DNA from: Mobula hypostoma
Lineage: Eukaryota
Assembly: GCF_963921235.1 (NCBI RefSeq)
Contig: NC_086097.1
Coordinates: forward strand, 46,316,001 to 46,380,000
Reading direction: 5' to 3'
DNA: 64,000 nt
Below, one piece after another: positions 1 to 12,139 of the stretch (position 1 is its first letter; the number at the start of each line of letters is the position of its first letter). Under the pieces are notes generated by a model, which did not search any database, was not told the DNA's origin, and saw only the letters and a list, made by a program, of their open reading frames with translations. A program made the position numbers and the translations under genes.

Positions 1-63
1 AGAATCCTTGAATTAAGTCCATAGCTACCTAAGAATGACAATACCCATTATAAGCTCAAGATA

Positions 64-932
64 CATCTTCAGAAGTTTTCAGATGACTCTGCCATAGTTG
101 GATGCATCAGCAAGGGAGATGAGGCTGAGTACAGGGCTACGGTAGGAAACTTTGTCACATGGCGTGAGCAGAACTATCTGCAGCTTAATGAGAAAAAAAC
201 TAAGGAGCTGGTGGTAGACCTGAGGAGAGCTAAGGTACCGGTGACCCCTGTTTCCATCCAGGGGGTCAGTGTGGACATGGTGGAGGATTACAAATACCTG
301 GGGATACGAATTGACAATAAACTGGACTGGTCAAAGAACACTGAGGCTGTCTACAAGAAGGGTCAGAACCGTCTCTATTTCCTGAGGAGACTGAGGTCTT
401 TTAGCATCTGCCAGACGATGCTGAGGATGTTCTACGAGTCTGTGGTGGCCAGTGCTATCATGTTTGCTGTTGTGTGCTGGGGCAGCAGGCTGAGGGTAGC
501 AGACACCAACAGAATCAACAAACTCATTCGTAAGGCCAGTGATGTTGTGGGGATGGAACTCGACTCTCTCACGGTGGTGTCCGAAAAGAGGATGCTGTCT
601 AAGTTGCATGCCATGTTGGTCAATGTCTCCCATCCACTACATAATGTACAGGGTGGGCACAGGAGTACATTCAGCCAGAGACTCATTCCACCGAGATGCA
701 GCACAGAGCGTCATAGGAAGTCATTCCTGCCTGTGGCCATCAAACTTTACAACTTCTTCCTTGGAGGGTCAGACACCCTGAGCCAATAGGCTAGTCCTGG
801 ACTTATTTCATAACTTACCAGCATAATTTACATATTACTATTTAACTATTGATGGTTCTATTACTATTATTTATGGTGCAACTGTAACGAAAATCAATTT
901 CCCCCAGGATCAATAAAGTATGACTATGACTA
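64..932 (+). mobile_element. 5'-truncated Rex1/Babar (L2-group) LINE: RT C-terminus, C-terminal domain and 3' UTR
   Basis: HLQKFSDDSAIVG RT motif at ~64-105; frameshift near 195; ORF 211-789 (YKYLG..IDNKLDW..N, RLYFLRRL, HPLH, KSFLPVAIKLYN); ends AATAAA + (TGACTA)n tail. Confidence 0.85.
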
Positions 933-983
933 TACCTTGACTAACCTCTTCCCACTGTTGTTGGTAACGGCTCTATTTCATTC

Positions 984-3329
984 AACACACATCAAAGTTG
1001 CTGGTGAACGCAGCAGGCCAGGCAGCATCTGTAGGAAGAGGTGCAGTCGACGTTTCAGGCCGAGACCCTTCGTCAGGACTAACTGAAGGAAGAGTGAGTA
1101 AGGGATTTGAAAGTTGGAGGGGAGGGGAAGATCCAAAATGATAGGAAAAGACAGGAGGGGGAGGGATAGAGCCAAGAGCTGGACAGGTGATAGGCAAAAG
1201 GGGATACGAGAGGATCATGGGACAGGAGGTCCGGGAAGAAAGACAAGGGGGGGGGACCCAGAGGATGGGCAAGAGCTATATTCAGAGGGACAGAGGGAGA
1301 AAAAGGAGAGTGAGAGAAAGAATGTGTGCATAAAAATGAGTAACAGATGGGGTACGAGGGGGAGGTGGGGCCTTAGCGGAAGTTAGAGAAGTCGATGTTC
1401 ATGCCATCAGGTTGGAGGCTACCCAGATGGAATATAAGGTGTTGTTCCTCCAACCTGAGTGTGGCTTCATCTTCACAGTAGAGGAGGCAGTGGATGGACA
1501 TGTCAGAATGGGAATGGGATGTGGAATTAAAATGTGTGGCCACTGGGAGATCCTGCTTTCTCTGGCGGACAGAGCGTAGATGTTCAGCAAAGCAGTCTGC
1601 CAGTCTGCGTCGGGTCTCGCCAATATATAAAAGGCCACATCGGGAGCACCGGACGCAGTATATCACCCCAGTCGACTCACAGGTGAAGTGTCGCCTCACC
1701 TGGAAGGATTGTTTGGGGCCCTGAATGGTGGTAAGGGAGGAAGTGTAAGGGCATGTGTAGCACTTGTTCCGCTTACACGGATAAGTGCCAGGAGGGAGAT
1801 CAGTGGGGAGGGATGGGGGGGACCAATGGACAAGGGAGTTGTGTAGGGAGCGATCCCTGCGGAATGCAGGGGGGGGGGGGAGGGAAAGATGTGCTTAGTG
1901 GTGGGATCCCGTTGGAGGTGGCGGAAGTTACGGAGAATAATATGTTGGACCCGGAGGCTGGTGGGGTGGTAGGTGAGGACCAGTGGAACCCTATTCCTAG
2001 TGGGGTGGCGGGAGGATGGAGTGAGAGCAGATGTACATGAAATGGGGGAGATGCGTTTAAGAGCAGAGTTGATAGTGGAGGAAGGGAAGCCCCTTTCTTT
2101 AAAAAAGGAAGACATCGCCTTCGTCCTAGAATGAAAAGTCTCATCCTGAGAGCAGATGCGGCGGAGACGGAGGAATTGCGAGAAGGGGATGGCATTTTTG
2201 CAAGAGACAGGGTGAGAATAGGAATAGTCCAGATAGCTGTGAGAGTCAGTAGGCTTATAGTAGACATCAGTGGATAAGCTGTCTCCAGAGACAGAGACAG
2301 AAAGATCTAGAAAGGGGAGGGAGGTGTCGGAAATGGACCAGGTAAACTTGAGGGCAGGGTGAAAGTTGGAGGCAAAGTTAATAAAGTCAACGAGTTCTGC
2401 ATGCGTGCAGGAAGCAGCGCCAATGCAGTCATCGATGTAGCGAAGGAAAAGTGGGGGACAGATACCAGAATAGGCATGGAACATAGATTGTTCCACAAAC
2501 CCAACAAAAAGGCAGGCATAGCTAGGACCCATACGGGTGCCCATAGCTACACCTTTAGTTTGGAGGAAGTGGGAGGACCCAAAGGAGAAATTATTAAGAG
2601 TAAGGACTAATTCCGCTAGACGGAGCAGAGTGGTGGTAGAGGGGAACTGATTAGGTCTGGAATCCAAAAAGGAGCGTAGAGCTTTAAGACCTTCCGGATG
2701 GGGGATGGAAGTATATAAGGACTGGACATCCATGGTGAAAATAAAGCGGTGGGGGCCAGGGAACTTAAAATCATCAAAAAGTTTAAGAGCGTGAGAAGTG
2801 TCACGTACATAGGTCGGAAGGGATTGAACAAGGGGTGATAAAACAGTGTCGAGGTATGCAGAAACGAGTTCGGTGGGGTAGGAGCAAGCTGAGACAATAG
2901 GTCAGCCAGGACAGGCAGGTTTGTGGATCTTGGGTAGGAGGTAGAACCAGGAAGTGCGGGGTGTGAGAACTATAAGGTTGGTAGCAGTGGATGGGAGATC
3001 CCCTGAGCGGGTAAAGTCGGTGATGGTGTGGGAGACAATGGCCTGGTGCTCCTTAGTGGGGTCACGATCGAGGGGTAAATAAGAGGAGGTATCCGCGAGT
3101 TGTCGCTGTGCCTCGGCAAGGTAGAGGTCAGTACGCCAGACTACAACAGCACCCCCCTTATCGGCTGGTTTAATAATAAAGTTAGGATTAGTGCGGAGGG
3201 AGTGGAGAGCAGAGCGTTCCGAAGGAGTGAGTTTGGAATGGGGACAAGGTGCGGTGAAGTCGAGACGGTTGATGTCCCGTCGGCAATTAGCGATAAAGAG
3301 ATCCAGAGCAGGCAGACCAGAGCGGGGTG
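984..3329 (-). mobile_element. Young 5'-truncated Penelope-like element (Neptune type): RT + GIY-YIG endonuclease, disabled
   Basis: IIKPADKGGAVVV, GVAMGT, RYIDD RT motifs; linker C-x4-CxxC; GVIYCVRCSRCGLLYIGET GIY-YIG. In-frame TGA at 2902-2904 and a frameshift in the poly-G run at ~1870. TSD atttcattc at 975-983 and 3333-3341. Confidence 0.93.
1045..1080 (-). ncRNA. Minimal type I hammerhead ribozyme in the PLE terminal repeat
   Basis: AGUC-CUGACGA-AGGGUCUCGGCCU-GAAAC-GUC-GACU: intact core, 4-bp stem I, loopless palindromic stem III (ACGU). Confidence 0.85.
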
Positions 3330-3429
3330 TCCATTTCATTCTCCCAGTTTCTCTGGGTTCACAGAATAAATGCTGAGGACAGCACTTTTAACACCAGTAC
3401 TCTTGAAATTTTGAGGACAACACTTTTAA

Positions 3430-3620
3430 CACCATTCTCCACCGATTACAGGACTCTCAACTGTTGTTTCATTTCACACGACAGCTTTTATCCCTTTTCC
3501 CCTCACCTAAGACAAGGATGGGTTCACCTCGTCCTTACCTGCCACTTCACCAGAAACTCGGCTTAAAGAAATCAGCCTACATATAAATATGATACTTTCA
3601 ATGGGATGCCACCTCCAGAT
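3430..3620 (+). mobile_element. Ancient PLE fragment
   Basis: Degenerate similarity to the RVPLVLTYHPTS...LQRDPTT region of the adjacent young PLE. Confidence 0.45.
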
Positions 3621-3622
3621 AT

Positions 3623-3680
3623 ACAGTGGTAAGAAAAGTTCGTGAACCCTTTGCAATTACTTGGTTTTCTCACAATAAAC
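3623..3680. mobile_element. Tc1-like terminal inverted repeat remnant
   Basis: TA-CAGTGGTAAGAAAAGTTCGTGAACCC terminus. Confidence 0.45.
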
Positions 3681-4065
3681 TCACACGAAGGAGTTTAGCA
3701 AATGCCTTCTGGAAGTCCATATACATTAAATCTATGGATAGTCCCTGACCGCAACTTTAATCAAATTTTCACAAAACTCAGTCTGCCATGATATACTTCT
3801 TGCCTGTTCATTTTGTACCTGTACTATGCTACACTGAGCACAGACGCTCAAGGTGATCTATCTTGGCTTCTTACCAAAAACACCACCTTTACAAAAGCTG
3901 GTTTTCAGAAAATTCTATTCACTCCATGTGATAAAGAAACAATTGAGATCACTGGATAATGCAAATCTATGCAACTGTGTCAATCGTGATACAAAAGACT
4001 TGAACTGCTGAATTAGCCACAAACCCAGCCAAGATCTTCCAGTCCAGTTACAACATTGACGGCTA

Positions 4066-7000
4066 TAGAAACATAGAAAATAGGTGCAGGAGTAGGCCAT
4101 TAGGCCCTTCAAGCCTGCACCGCCATTTATTATGATCATGGCTGATCATCCAACTCAGAACCCCGCCCCAGCCTTCCCTCCATACCCCCTGATCCCCGTA
4201 GCCACAAGGGCCATATCTAACTCCCTCTTAAATATAGCCAATGAACTGGCCTCAACTGTTTCCTGTGGCAGAGAATTCCACAGATTCACCACTCTCTGTG
4301 TGAAGAAGTTTTTCCTAATCTCGGTCCTAAAAGGCTTCCCCTCTATCCTCAAACTGTGGCCCCTCGTTCTGGACTTCCCCAACATTGGGAACAATCTTCC
4401 TGCATCTAGCCTGTCCAATCCCTTTAGGATTTTATACGTTTCAATCAGATGCCCCCTCAATCTTCTAAATTCCAACAAGTACAAGCCCAGTTCATCCAGT
4501 CTTTCTTCATATGAAAGTCCTGCCATCCCAGGAATCAATCTGGTGAACCTTCTTTGTACTCCCTCTATGGCAAGGATGTCTTTCCTCAGATTAGGGGACC
4601 AAAACTGCACACAATACTCCAGGTGTGGTCTCACCAAGGCCTTGTACAACTGCAGTAGTACCTCCCTACTCGAATCCTCTCGCTATAAATGCCAGCATAC
4701 CATTCGCCTTTTTCACCGCCTGCTGTACCTGCATGCCCACTTTCAATGACTGGTGTATAATGACACTCAGGTCTCGTTGCACCTCCCCTTTTCCTGATCG
4801 GCCACCATTCAGATAATAATCTGTTTTCCTATTTTTGCCACCAAAGTGGATAACTTCACATTTATCCACATTAAATTGCATCTGCCATGAATTTGCCCAC
4901 TCACCCAACCTATCCAAGTCACCCTGCATCCTCTTAGCATCCTCCTCACAGCTAACACTGCCACCCAGCTTCGTGTCGTCCGCAAACTTGGAGATGCTGC
5001 ATTTAATTCCCTCATCCAAGTCATTAATATATATTGTAAACAACTGGGGTCCCAGCACTGAGCCTTGCGGTACCCCACTAGTCACCGCCTGCCATTCTGA
5101 AAAGGTCCCGTTTATTCCCACTCTTTGCTTCCTGTCTGCTAACCAATTCTCCACCCACACCAATACCTTACCCCCAATACCGTGTGCTTTAAGTTTGCAC
5201 ACTAATCTCCTGCGTGGGACCTTGTCAAAAGCCTTTTGAAAATCCAAATATACCACATCCACTGGTTCTCCCCTATCCACTCTACTAGTTACATCCTCAA
5301 AAAATTCTATGAGATTTGTCAGACATGATTTTCCTTTCACAAATCCATGCTGACTTTGTCCAATGATTTCACCGCTTTCCAAATGTGCTGTTATCACATC
5401 CTTGATAACTGACTCCAGCAGTTTCCCCACCACCGATGTTAGGCTAACCAGTCTATAATTCCCCGGTTTCTCTCTCCCTCCTTTTTTAAAAAGTGGGGTT
5501 ACATTAGCCACCCTCCAATCCTCAGGAACTAGTCCAGAATCTAACGAGTTTTGAAAAATTATCACTAATGCATCCACTATTTCTTGGGCTACTTCCTTAA
5601 GCACTCTAGGATGCAGACCATCTGGCCCTGGGGATTTATCTGCCTTCAATCCCTTCAATTTACCTAACACCACTTCCCTACTAACATGTATTTCGCTCAG
5701 TTCCTCCATCTCACTGGACCCTCTGTCCCCTACTATTTCTGGAAGATTATTTATGTCCTCCTTAGTGAAGACTGAACCAAAGTAATTATTCAATTGGTCT
5801 GCCATGTCCTTGATCCCCATTAGCAATTCACCTGTTTCTGTCTGCAGGGGACCTACATTTGTCTTTACCAGTTTTTTCCTTTTTACATATCTATAAAAGC
5901 TTTTACAGTCCGTTTTTATGTTCCCTGCCAGTTTTCTCTCATAATCTTTTTTCCCCTTCCTAATTAAGCCCTTTGTCCTCCTCTGCTGAACTCTGAATTT
6001 CTCCCAGTCCTCAGGTGAGCCACTTTCTCTGGCTAATTTGTATGCTTCTTCTTTGGAATTGATACTATCCCTAATTTCTCTTGTCAGCCACGGGTGCACT
6101 ACCTTCCTTGATTTATTCTTTTGCCAAACTGGGATGAACAATTGTTGTAGTTCATCCATGCAACCTTTAAATGCTTGCCATTGCATATCCACCGTCAATC
6201 CTTTAAGTGTCATTTGCCAGTCTATCTTAGCTAATTCACGTCTCATACCTTCAAAGTTACCCCTCTTTAAGTTCAGAACCTTTGTTTCTGAATTAACTAT
6301 GTCACTCTCCATCTTAATGAAGAATTCCACCATATTATGGTCACTCTTACCCAAGGGGCCTCTCACGACAAGATCGCTAATTAACCCTTCCTCATTGCTC
6401 AAAACCCAGTCCAGAATAGCCTGCTCTCTAGTTGGTTCCTCGACATGTTGGTTCAAAAAACCATCCCGCATACATTCCAAGAAATCCTCTTCCTCAGCAC
6501 CTTTACCAATTTGGTTCACCCAATCTACATGTAGATTGAAGTCACCCATTATAACTGCTGTTCCTTTATTGCACACATTTCTAATTTCCTGTTTAATACC
6601 ATCTCCGACCTCACTACTACTGTTAGGTGGCCTGTACACAACTCCCACCAGCGTCTTCTGCCCCTTCGTGTTACGCAGCTCTACCCATATCGATTCCACA
6701 TCTTCCCGGCTTATGTCCCTCCTTTCTATTGCGTTAATCTCTTCTTTAACCAGCAACGCCACCCCACCTCCCCTTCCTTCATGTCTATCCCTCCTGAATA
6801 TTGAATATCCCTGAACGTTAAGCTCCCATCCCTGGTCACCCTGGAGCCATGTCTCTGTGAACCCAACTATATCATAATCATTAATAACAATCTGCACTTT
6901 CAATTCATCCACCTTATTACGAATGCTCCTTGCATTGACACACAAAGCCTTCAGGCGCTCTTTTACAACTCTCTTAGCCCTTATACAATTATGTTGAAAA

Positions 7001-7687
7001 GTGGCCCTTTTTAATGCTTGCCCTAGATTTGTCAGCCTGCCACTTTTACTTTTCTCCTTAGTACTTTTTGCTTCTACCCTCACTTTACACCCCTCTGTCT
7101 CTCTGCACTGGTTCCCATCCCCCTGTTGTGAACAAACCTCCTCACGCCTAGCCTCTTTAATTTGATTCCCACCCCCCAACCATTCTAGTTTAAAGTCACC
7201 TCAGTAGCCCCCGCTAATCTCCCTGCCAGGATATTGGTCCCCCTAGGATTCAAGTGTAACCCGTCCTTTTTGTACAGGTCACGCCTGCGCCAAAACAGGT
7301 CCCAATGATCCAAAAACTTGAATCCCTGCCCCCTGCTCCAATCCCTCAGCCACGCATTTATCCTCCACCTCATCGCATTCCTACTCTCACTGTCACGTGG
7401 CACAGGCAGTAATCCCAAGATTACTACCTTTGCAGTCCTTTTTCTCAACTCCCTTCCTAGCTCCCTATATTCTCCTTTCAGGACCTCATCCCTTTTCCTA
7501 CCTATGTCATTGGTACCTATATGTACCACGACCTCTGGCTCCTCACCCTCCCACTTCAGGATATCTTGGACACGATCAGAAATATCCCGGACCCTGGCAC
7601 CAGGGAGGCAAACTACCATCCGGGTCTCTGGACTGCGTCCACAGAATCGCCTATCTGACCCCCTTACTATCGAGTCCCCTATCACAA
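4066..7687 (-). mobile_element. Young CR1 LINE, 5'-truncated in ORF1
   Basis: ORF1 SGNH/GDSL esterase (IGDSIVR, HIGTND, DGLHLN) at 7185-7685; ORF2 APE endonuclease + RT (NARSI, GDFN, SDH, GVPQGSVLGP, FADD) at 4666-7179, continuing after a frameshift at 4155-4649; 3' tail TTTCTATG repeats. Confidence 0.95.
4155..7179 (-). pseudogene. CR1 ORF2 (endonuclease-reverse transcriptase), frameshifted near 4665
   Basis: 837-aa ORF, then YKALVRPHLEYC...FFTQRVVNLWN in a shifted frame. Confidence 0.9.
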
Positions 7688-8304
7688 CTGGATGTTTAAT
7701 ATATCTGACAATATATTAAACATCCAGGTACATGCTCTACACAGAGAGCTGAACAAATCCTATTTCACTAATTACCACCCAATTTATCATCAATTATCAG
7801 CAAAACATCTCATAATTTGTGTTCCTAAATAGACGTTACCAATAATCAGCTCTGTTACCAGAATCACTCAGCCTGAGATTATTGACAGCCTTAGTCCAGG
7901 ATGGAACACACTCTAATGGTCAAAAGTCATATGTCCTAAAGAAAGATAGGCAAGTTGCTGGAGGTCAAAATACTAGACCTAAGATACAACAGCACATTTA
8001 CAGGGCAACATCGTTAGCCAGGCTATTTCAACTGTGTATTTGATGGCATTCTATCCACCATAAAATCATAAATGACAATGTTTTCTGATATACTTCTTGC
8101 CTGTTGAATGCTGTTAAATGATATAAATGATATATGCAACCTCTCAAATAAAAATAAGAGTCCATGCCTGCAGGCAACAAGCTCTAAATAGTATTCAGAC
8201 ATGAGCTGATTACTACCAAACAATAAACTGCTCCAACCCAACTGAATCCAAACATCTACCATTGTCATTCAGTAGCATTACAATCCCACTCCACCCAATT
8301 CATT

Positions 8305-8775
8305 CTGGAAGGTTAACAAGAATGATTCCAGTAACGAAAGGGTTACTTTATATTGAGCAATTGATGGCTCTGAGCATGTGCTTACTGTTATTCAAAAGAA
8401 TGAGGGGGGGGATCTCATTGAAACCTATCAAATACTGAAAGGCCTCGATAGAGTGGACGTGGAGAGGATGCATCCTATGGTGGGAGAGTCCAAGACCAGA
8501 GAGTAGAGCCTCAGAATAGAGGAATGCCCATTTGGAACAGAAATGAGGAGGAAATTCTTTAGTCAGTGAGTGGTGAATCTGTAGTATTCATTACCACAGG
8601 CAGCTGTGGAGGCCAAGGCAGAGACTGATAAGATTTTTGATTTGTCAAGGCATGAAGGGTTACAGGGAGGAGACAGGAGTTTGGGGCTGAGAGGGAAATG
8701 GATCAGCCATGATGAAATAATGAAGCAGTCTCAATTGGCCAAATGGCCTAATTCCACTCCTACATCTCATGAATC
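8305..8775 (+). mobile_element. Decayed CR1 3' fragment
   Basis: Degenerate RGDLIETYQILKGLDRVD ... FFSQ-VVNL and CR1-like 3' UTR. Confidence 0.8.
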
Positions 8776-8919
8776 CTGGAAACTCAACTAAACCAGCAAT
8801 GCAGATACTGCAAAGTGTTTAGGATCTCATTTTCAATACTCTAAAACCGATCCATCATTGACAAAAGATTTCAGCATATGAATTCTGTGGAGCTGATATC
8901 CTTAATCTCGTCACAGTAT

Positions 8920-9250
8920 AGTTGACACCATTATGAAAAGTACAGTTCCAACAGTGCAAAATGTTTAACCCCACCTGTGGCAAAGCAGTCCAACTGACAC
9001 TTCACCCATCACCATAAACATACATTCCCTCTACCATGGATACACAGTTGCATAATATACACTGTAGTTACCCCCCTATTCCAACAGCACCTCCCAAGCA
9101 GGTACCCGTTTATCAGTCTAGCTCACACTGGAACCTTCTACCTGTGAACCGTGGAAGGATTGCAGCAGTTCAAGGCAGCAGCTCAACAGTATCTTCTCAT
9201 GGATAAATAGGGATATGCAATAACTGCTCACTACCTAGCAACACCCATTA
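8920..9250 (+). mobile_element. Old CR1/L2-group LINE 3' fragment (same family as 29690-30300 and 54740-55105)
   Basis: Shares the GCAGCAGTTCAAGGCAGCAGCTCA...TAGGGATATGCAATAA 3' end with the other copies. Confidence 0.65.
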
Positions 9251-9479
9251 ATCAAACCACAGAAAACTGCTAACTAAAATCTAATAGCATACAATTTTAA
9301 GAATCTAGAAATAGTCCCTTTAGCAAATCCTATTGATATTACCCATTACATACATCGATATGTGCATAATTTCCACATTTTCTGCAAAACAAAGTTCAGC
9401 AAAACAGGATCTATAAATTAATAAAAATGAGAAAACACTTTTCATAAGCACATTTTGTAATAGATTTGTTTATAGTTAA

Positions 9480-9808
9480 AAATACCAAAATAAAAAGGTG
9501 GGGGAAGAGGGGAAAGAGGCTAGCTGGAAGGTGATGGTTGAAGCCAGGTGGATGGGAAAGGTCAAGGCCTGGAGAAAAAAAAAGAATCTGATAGGAGAGA
9601 AGAGTGGACAATAGCCTCTTTCCCCTCACCCCATTTTGTATACGGGCATCTTCTCCTACCCTCCCCAATCCTGAAGAAAGGTCTCGGCCTGAAAAGTTGA
9701 CTGCTTATTCTTTTCCATAGATGCTGCTTGACCTGCTGAGGTCCTCCAGCATTTTGTGTGTGTTGCTTTGGATTTTCAGCATCTGCAGACTTTTTTTTTG
9801 TGTTTGTG
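9480..9808 (+). mobile_element. Older PLE 3' end with an inverted 5' segment and a decayed hammerhead (9667-9702)
   Basis: CTGAAGA-AAGGTCTCGGCCT-GAAAA-GTT-GACT followed by a PLE-type tail; 9480-9614 is the antisense of PLE 3' UTR. Confidence 0.7.
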
Positions 9809-10344
9809 AATAACACATTGCGTTTACTGCACAATCAACATTTGGAAAAGCAATGATCACTGCTTTACAAATTTCCAACCTCCATGCCAAAATACTGGTT
9901 TAATAAGGATTAAAAAGTGAGTAATTAGTGAAGTACATAATTAAGACATGTTGCAACCATTAATAAAACACTGATTCCGGTTTCCAGACACACTCCATGT
10001 GTTATTGGTTTGCAGAGACCTCTGCATTTTTGAATCAAGTTAACTTACTGCAAATCAGAGAAGTGACACAGTAAAGTATTCATCTTGGTTTGATCACAGA
10101 ATTGATTAGGTGCATAATGAGTTCAGTAATACATTAATACTGTAATGAACAAATTCAAATATGACTAGAACAATTAAATAGCTTGGAAATTGGTAAAGCG
10201 ATTTATGCTGTGTTGACTAGTTCATAATGTGCCCAACATTTGCACCATTAGCTATGGCCTCCACAATTCACCATTCAAATGTCAATCCTCTTCTTTCGTA
10301 ATTTAAAGTAAACTCAAGGTATCAAAAAGTAAAATTACACTTAC

Positions 10345-10412
10345 TTCTGAATCTCAACTACTTCTTCCAAAATCTCTGGATCACGAATGTTGCAGTAAAG
10401 TGTTTTTAAAAA
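10345..10412 (-). other. Candidate host exon, 68 nt (open frame FLKTLYCNIRDPEILEEVVEIQ); gene unidentified
   Basis: tttctctag acceptor, gtaagt donor, one open frame, non-repetitive sequence. Confidence 0.3.
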
Positions 10413-10477
10413 CTAGAGAAATATCTGGTTCCTCTTGTCAATTTTTTTTCAGCTCTAACAGGTATATTTATTTGGTA

Positions 10478-10574
10478 AACAACAGGAATTCTGCAGATGC
10501 TGGAAATTCAAGCAACATACATCAAAGTTGCTGTTGAAGCTGCCTGGCCTGCTGCGTTCAACAGCAACTTTGAT
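10478..10574. mobile_element. Miniature fold-back PLE insertion
   Basis: PLE terminal tail plus a 22-bp inverted arm; TSD gtatatttatt(t/c)ggta at 10462-10477 and 10575-10590. Confidence 0.85.
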
Positions 10575-10994
10575 GTATATTTATTCGGTATCAGCTTTGA
10601 ACATAGAATTAAAAAATACTTTAACTGCCCTCTTATCAATAAGGTTAGTTACTCATCTAAAAAATTTTAAAGTTGCATACGGACCAAATATAATCCAAAA
10701 TAATTGAAGCACTAAAGTGAACCGATTCTGATAACACGACTCAAGCCTTAGATTTCATCCTACTTATCAATGCACAACCATCTCACCTTGGTTTACTGGG
10801 TATACAAACCGAAATAGGTTGTGAATACAGGTGTCAGTATGTTCCAAGATTAACCATTAATTAATACTAAACACAGCCAAACAAAATCTGCTAGCATGAT
10901 TTATCACTTTAAAATTTTCAACAGAAAATTAAATGAGCTCTATTCTTCTTCGATATAGATGAGTAAAGTACTTGAGTACTTAATTATGCAATGA

Positions 10995-11420
10995 TAAAAC
11001 TTGCATGTCGTCTCTGGCAGGATTTGCAGGCCATTACTTCCTACAAGGCAAAACCTAACATATTGAATGGCGGTGATGCTTCACTACCAGATGAGCTCAA
11101 TGCCTTTTATGCATGCTTTAAAAGGGAGAATGACCTACCCCTGTGCAAATTCCTGCATCATCTGCTGACCTTGTATTCTCCGTCTTGGAGGCCAACACCA
11201 GAACAACTTTCAAGAGAGTGAACCCTCACAAGGTGTCAGGCCCTGATGGTATACCTGGTAGGGCACAAAATCTCTACCAACCAACAGGCAGAAGTGTTCA
11301 AGACATCTTCAATCTCTCACTGTTGCAGTTAGAGGTTCTCACCTGCTTCAAAAGGACAACAACCATACCAGTGCCCAAGAAGAGCAGGGCGAGCTGCCTC
11401 AATGACTATCGGCCAGTCTC
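10995..11420 (+). mobile_element. Rex1/Babar LINE internal fragment (RT N-terminal region)
   Basis: SLPDELNAFYA; KVSGPDGIPG; PVPKK...LNDYRPVSL. Confidence 0.85.
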
Positions 11421-11656
11421 GCTTGCTTCTGTTTCTCCAGATGATCTCACATCATTGAGGCTGTCTAAGATTAAGGCTCTGTGGAGGCCACACCATCTGA
11501 AACCATATTAAAAAAAATCTCGGGTGCCTAGAACTTTTGCACAGTACTTTACAAGTCATTTGATTTAATAAAGCTGCTATAAATGCATTTGGGATCTTTG
11601 CCATATGAATCCATGCACAAAGAACAAATGCAAAAAATTATGCCTCTGTTGCCATA

Positions 11657-12130
11657 GAGGAGGAGGAGAAGATGGCGGCACGACGCAGCTCGCACGGTCA
11701 CTCCGGTGAATGATATCTGTAATCTGTCAAGTAGGGTACCGTGGACAATTCTGATTTGATGGAGACAGACGTGAGAGTACGGAGGAACATCTGGAGAAAC
11801 TTCTGAAATGCCTGCTTCACTGCTGCTGGTACTGTGTGGTCCGGAGTCTCCGGAGGAGAAGGCCCCGAATCCTCGGCTTTGCTTGTTTTGGCGGCTGGGG
11901 CGAGGTCGAAGGCGCTCGGCAGAGGATGGCACTCAGGAGGCTGTATCGGAGGGACTGGTCGGAAGCTCGAAGTTTTCGGATGGACGGACTCTGTGTCGGC
12001 TGTTATCGGGTGCTTCTAATGCATCGGCAGTTGTCGGTGCCTGGAGGTTTATAGCAGGGAGTTTCTCCCTTTTACTGCCTGCTATCAGGGACTCGGGAGT
12101 CCATCGGGAAGTTGAGATTTTTTTTTACTG
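11657..12130 (+). repeat. GC-rich interspersed repeat, probably a LINE 5' UTR or non-autonomous element beginning AAGATGGCG
   Basis: Sharp GC/CpG-rich island starting gagaagatggcggc, truncated where the HERO-like element begins; no credible ORF. Confidence 0.5.
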
Positions 12131-12139
12131 TGGTTCTTA

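Noticed and set aside
211..789. ORF that could be annotated as a host (ALKBH8-like) gene
   Set aside because: Contiguous with an upstream RT motif and a LINE tail; it is a Rex1/Babar ORF2 C-terminus.
6038..6814. 258-aa plus-strand ORF
   Set aside because: Antisense shadow of CR1 ORF2.
11657..12130. CpG-island promoter of a host gene
   Set aside because: Sharp boundaries and a repeat-like AAGATGGCG start favour a retroelement-derived segment; not proven.
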